Source: Myxococcota bacterium
GTDB taxonomy: Bacteria; Myxococcota_A; UBA9160; UBA4427
Direction: 5' to 3'
Assembly: GCA_046583095.1 (NCBI GenBank)
Contig: JAYGDB010000222.1
Span: 6,710-70,709 of the forward strand
Length of the DNA stretch: 64,000 bases
The notes under the pieces are model-generated. The model searched no databases. It was given only the letters and a program-made list of their open reading frames with translations, and was not told the origin of the DNA. Below are positions 61,706 through 64,000 of this stretch, piece by piece. The stretch's first letter is position 1; each line of letters opens with the position of its first letter. The translations under genes and the position numbers were made by a program.

Positions 61706-64000
61706 ATGGTTGGGGGTCGTTCTTCTCATCGTCGCGCCGAGAGGCTCAGGGCATTCGCCGTCGCCCTGATCGTCGCTTCGTCATTCACGGCCACGTCGGC
61801 CTGGGGATTCGAGGCCTTCGACGGCCGCCTGGAAGCGCACGGGGCATTTGTCAGCCAGCTGCGGGCGATGAACGCAGACTTCTCGGAAGACTGGGACGTG
61901 GCCCAGTGGTACAACGTCTTCACCCTCGAACTCGAGTTCGACCTGATCCAGGACACGGTCGGCCCGATCGATCTGCTTTCCGGCTTCATCCGTGCCGAGG
62001 TCCGATACGACTGCGTCTACTCGCGTGGCTGCGGGATGTTCCGTTCGATGAACGCCTTCGGGGATCGATCGAAGAGCCTGCCCCGGCGTCTGATGCCGAG
62101 TCAAGACCGCGTTCGCCACGCAGGCCGGATTCGGATCTTCAACCCGCTGGGCGAGGACGCGAATGGAAACGGCCAACCGGATCCCGGCGAAGACCTGGAC
62201 GGCGACGGCTACGTCACCATCGAGGCCACAACTGGCCGGATCTCCGGTCCGAACACGGATCCGGTCGGGCCCGCGAGGGAGCCGACCCTCTCGCTGTTCG
62301 CGAACGCCACGGGTGCGGACGGCTTCTCAGAAACCCAGAATACGCCGTACTGCTTAGATCCGCCCAGCGCTAACGCGCTCTGCGGTGTGCTCGCCGGCGG
62401 CAGTGTCGTATCCGACACCTGGGAGGACAACGACGACCCCTTCCCGGCCGTTGCTCGTGCGGGCGGTTATGCGGACTTCAAGTGGGCGGGAATCGGCGGC
62501 CCCTGGCTGCCGAAGAATTTCTTCAGGGCGAACGCGGTGGGCTCGAGCACCCCGAATCCGTTCGACAGCAGGACCGGCAGCTACGCGCTGCAAGCCTCGG
62601 TGTACAACGGCTACATCCTCTCGGCCAACGACAACGCGCCCCTGTTCGACGCCGCGGGCGTCCCGATCGATGAGATGGGGATACCCGATGGGGGAGATTA
62701 CAGGGATCGGGTTATCGCTGCGGCAACGAACGGTGGCGAAGACCTCAATATGAACGGCATTCTGGATCCCGGCGAAGACTTCGACGGAGACGGCCTGCTG
62801 GGTCTTGTCGTCGAAGACTTCGACTCAGACGGCGTTCTGGACATCGTCGAAGACTTCGACGGAGACGGTCTGCTGGGTATGGTCGCCGAAGATCTCAATG
62901 GCAACGGCATACTGGATCCCGGCGAAGACATCGATATGGACGGCATTCTGGACATCGTCGAAGACCTCAACGCCAACGGCGTGTTTGACGAAGGCGGGCT
63001 CGCAGCCCGAGGCTTGGCCGAGCTTCCCTATCGCCCGGTTCCGGTCTTCCGGGAGGACGGCGCGGGAATCGGCCAGGCCCAGAACCCGGGAGATGCGCGG
63101 GGCCTGTTCCTGCCCTCGTTGCCGCTGGCCCGCGCGCTCAACGCCGGGAGTCTCTCCCCCATCGAAAACGACTACAACTTCACCCAGAACCAGCGTGCCT
63201 GGAACCGCGGTGCCAGCCAGCGCGACGAGAAGGAGCTGAAGGAGGCCTATCTCGATATCGAACTCTTCGACAACCGGCTGTGGCTCCGCCTGGGCAAGCA
63301 GCACGTGGTCTGGGGCAAGACCGAGCTGATCACTTCTACCGACCAGTTCAACCCGTCCGATGCTGCACTCTCGTCCCTGCCGAGCCTCGAGGAGTCGCGC
63401 ATCGCGCTGTGGTCGGCGCGCGGTGTCTGGTCCTTCTACGAAGTCGGTCCGATCGACGACGTCCGACTCGAGCTCGCGTTCAGCCTCGACAACTACCAGC
63501 AGATCGACATCGGCGCCTGCGGTGAGGCGTACTCGCCGAACATCACGTGTACGCTTACCAATGGTACCTTCGCCCATGGCATTTTCGGCATCGGCCTTGC
63601 CGGCGTCGAGCAGCCCCCGTCTCCCTGGCAGAGCCTCAAGGGCTGGGAGATCGCCGCCCGGCTCGAGTGGCGTTACGACCGCTTCAGCTTCGCGTTGACG
63701 GACTTCTACGGCTACACCGATACCCCGGGCATCGAGCAGTTCAGCACCTACACGCGCAACGTCGATCCGGTCTCGGGCCGCCCGCGCGAGATCTTCTCCA
63801 CGCTATCCACGACCCGCCCGCGCAGGGATCCCTACACCCAAGAGCTTGTCACGAACATCGAGCAGATTGGCACCCAGGGGATCTGCATGACGGGCCGCGA
63901 AAGTGCCTGTCTGAATCCGAAGTTCGATCTCGACGGCGACGGCCTGCTCGATGGAATCGCTGCCGACGGCAGCGGAACCCTCGTCGTCAACCCGTACGAG
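61706..64000 (+). CDS. DUF1302-like large outer-membrane protein (3' truncated by window edge; absent from ORF track)
   Basis: GAGGAG RBS, ATG 61706, signal peptide ending SAWG; no stop seen in the part translated by hand, and the frame appears to run off the window; ELKEAYLDI...LRLGKQHVVWGKTE..TDQFNP motif. Confidence 0.8.
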   Translation, partial: MVGGRSSHRRAERLRAFAVALIVASSFTATSAWGFEAFDGRLEAHGAFVSQLRAMNADFSEDWDVAQWYNVFTLELEFDLIQDTVGPIDLLSGFIRAEVRYDCVYSRGCGMFRSMNAFGDRSKSLPRRLMPSQDRVRHAGRIRIFNPLGEDANGNGQPDPGEDLDGDGYVTIEATTGRISGPNTDPVGPAREPTLSLFANATGADGFSETQNTPYCLDPPSANALCGVLAGGSVVSDTWEDNDDPFPAVARAGGYADFKWAGIGGPWLPKNFFRANAVGSSTPNPFDSRTGSYALQASVYNGYILSANDNAPLFDAAGVPIDEMGIPDGGDYRDRVIAAATNGGEDLNMNGILDPGEDFDGDGLLGLVVEDFDSDGVLDIVEDFDGDGLLGMVAEDLNGNGILDPGEDIDMDGILDIVEDLNANGVFDEGGLAARGLAELPYRPVPVFREDGAGIGQAQNPGDARGLFLPSLPLARALNAGSLSPIENDYNFTQNQRAWNRGASQRDEKELKEAYLDIELFDNRLWLRLGKQHVVWGKTELITSTDQFNPSDAALSSLPSLEESRIALWSARGVWSFYEVGPIDDVRLELAFSLDNYQQIDIGACGEAYSPNITCTLTNGTFAHGIFGIGLAGVEQPPSPWQSLKGWEIAARLEWRYDRFSFALTDFYGYTDTPGIEQFSTYTRNVDPVSGRPREIFSTLSTTRPRRDPYTQELVTNIEQIGTQGICMTGRESACLNPKFDLDGDGLLDGIAADGSGTLVVNPYE
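62738..62989 (+). repeat. Seven tandem EDx(D/N)x(D/N)G repeats (36-39 bp units) inside the DUF1302-like gene
   Basis: EDLNMNG, EDFDGDG, EDFDSDG, EDFDGDG, EDLNGNG, EDIDMDG, EDLNANG; recurring DNA units such as gaagacttcgacggagacgg and ctggatcccggcgaagac. Confidence 0.88.

Noticed and set aside
62738-62989. Tandem 36-39 bp repeats as a possible CRISPR array
   Set aside because: Units are in-frame, degenerate at codon third positions and lack unique spacers; no cas genes in the window

Overview
High-GC, gene-dense bacterial chromosomal window from a Gram-negative organism (lpxD, tonB-exbBD, PEP-CTERM; Myxococcota/deltaproteobacteria-like is an inference from gene content). It holds about 55 mostly housekeeping and catabolic genes: recC-recB-recD-rsgA, rbgA, asnS, class I fumarase, Prc protease, grxD(fusion)-bolA, ettA, dapL, lpxD, a DsbA-like protein, two F420-type LLM oxidoreductases, SDR/GMC/AKR/crotonase/carboxyltransferase enzymes, an AGCS symporter and an ADP-forming acyl-CoA ligase. 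I found no rRNA, tRNA, CRISPR array, integrase or intact transposase. The best candidate for an undescribed system is a three-gene operon (53928-57520): a membrane-anchored NapC/NrfH-like pentaheme cytochrome, a secreted single-heme beta-rich protein and a lipoprotein PQQ quinohemoprotein dehydrogenase. Several signals are missing from the ORF track: a 57-aa Lhr helicase stub cut just before Walker A (48896-49069), a Fur box over the promoter of an orphan bfd divergent from recCBD, and a large DUF1302-like outer-membrane gene running off the right edge with inserted Ca-binding-type DxDxDG repeats. All family calls come from motif recognition by eye; no database searches were run. Several starts were moved from the ORF track to better-supported downstream codons.
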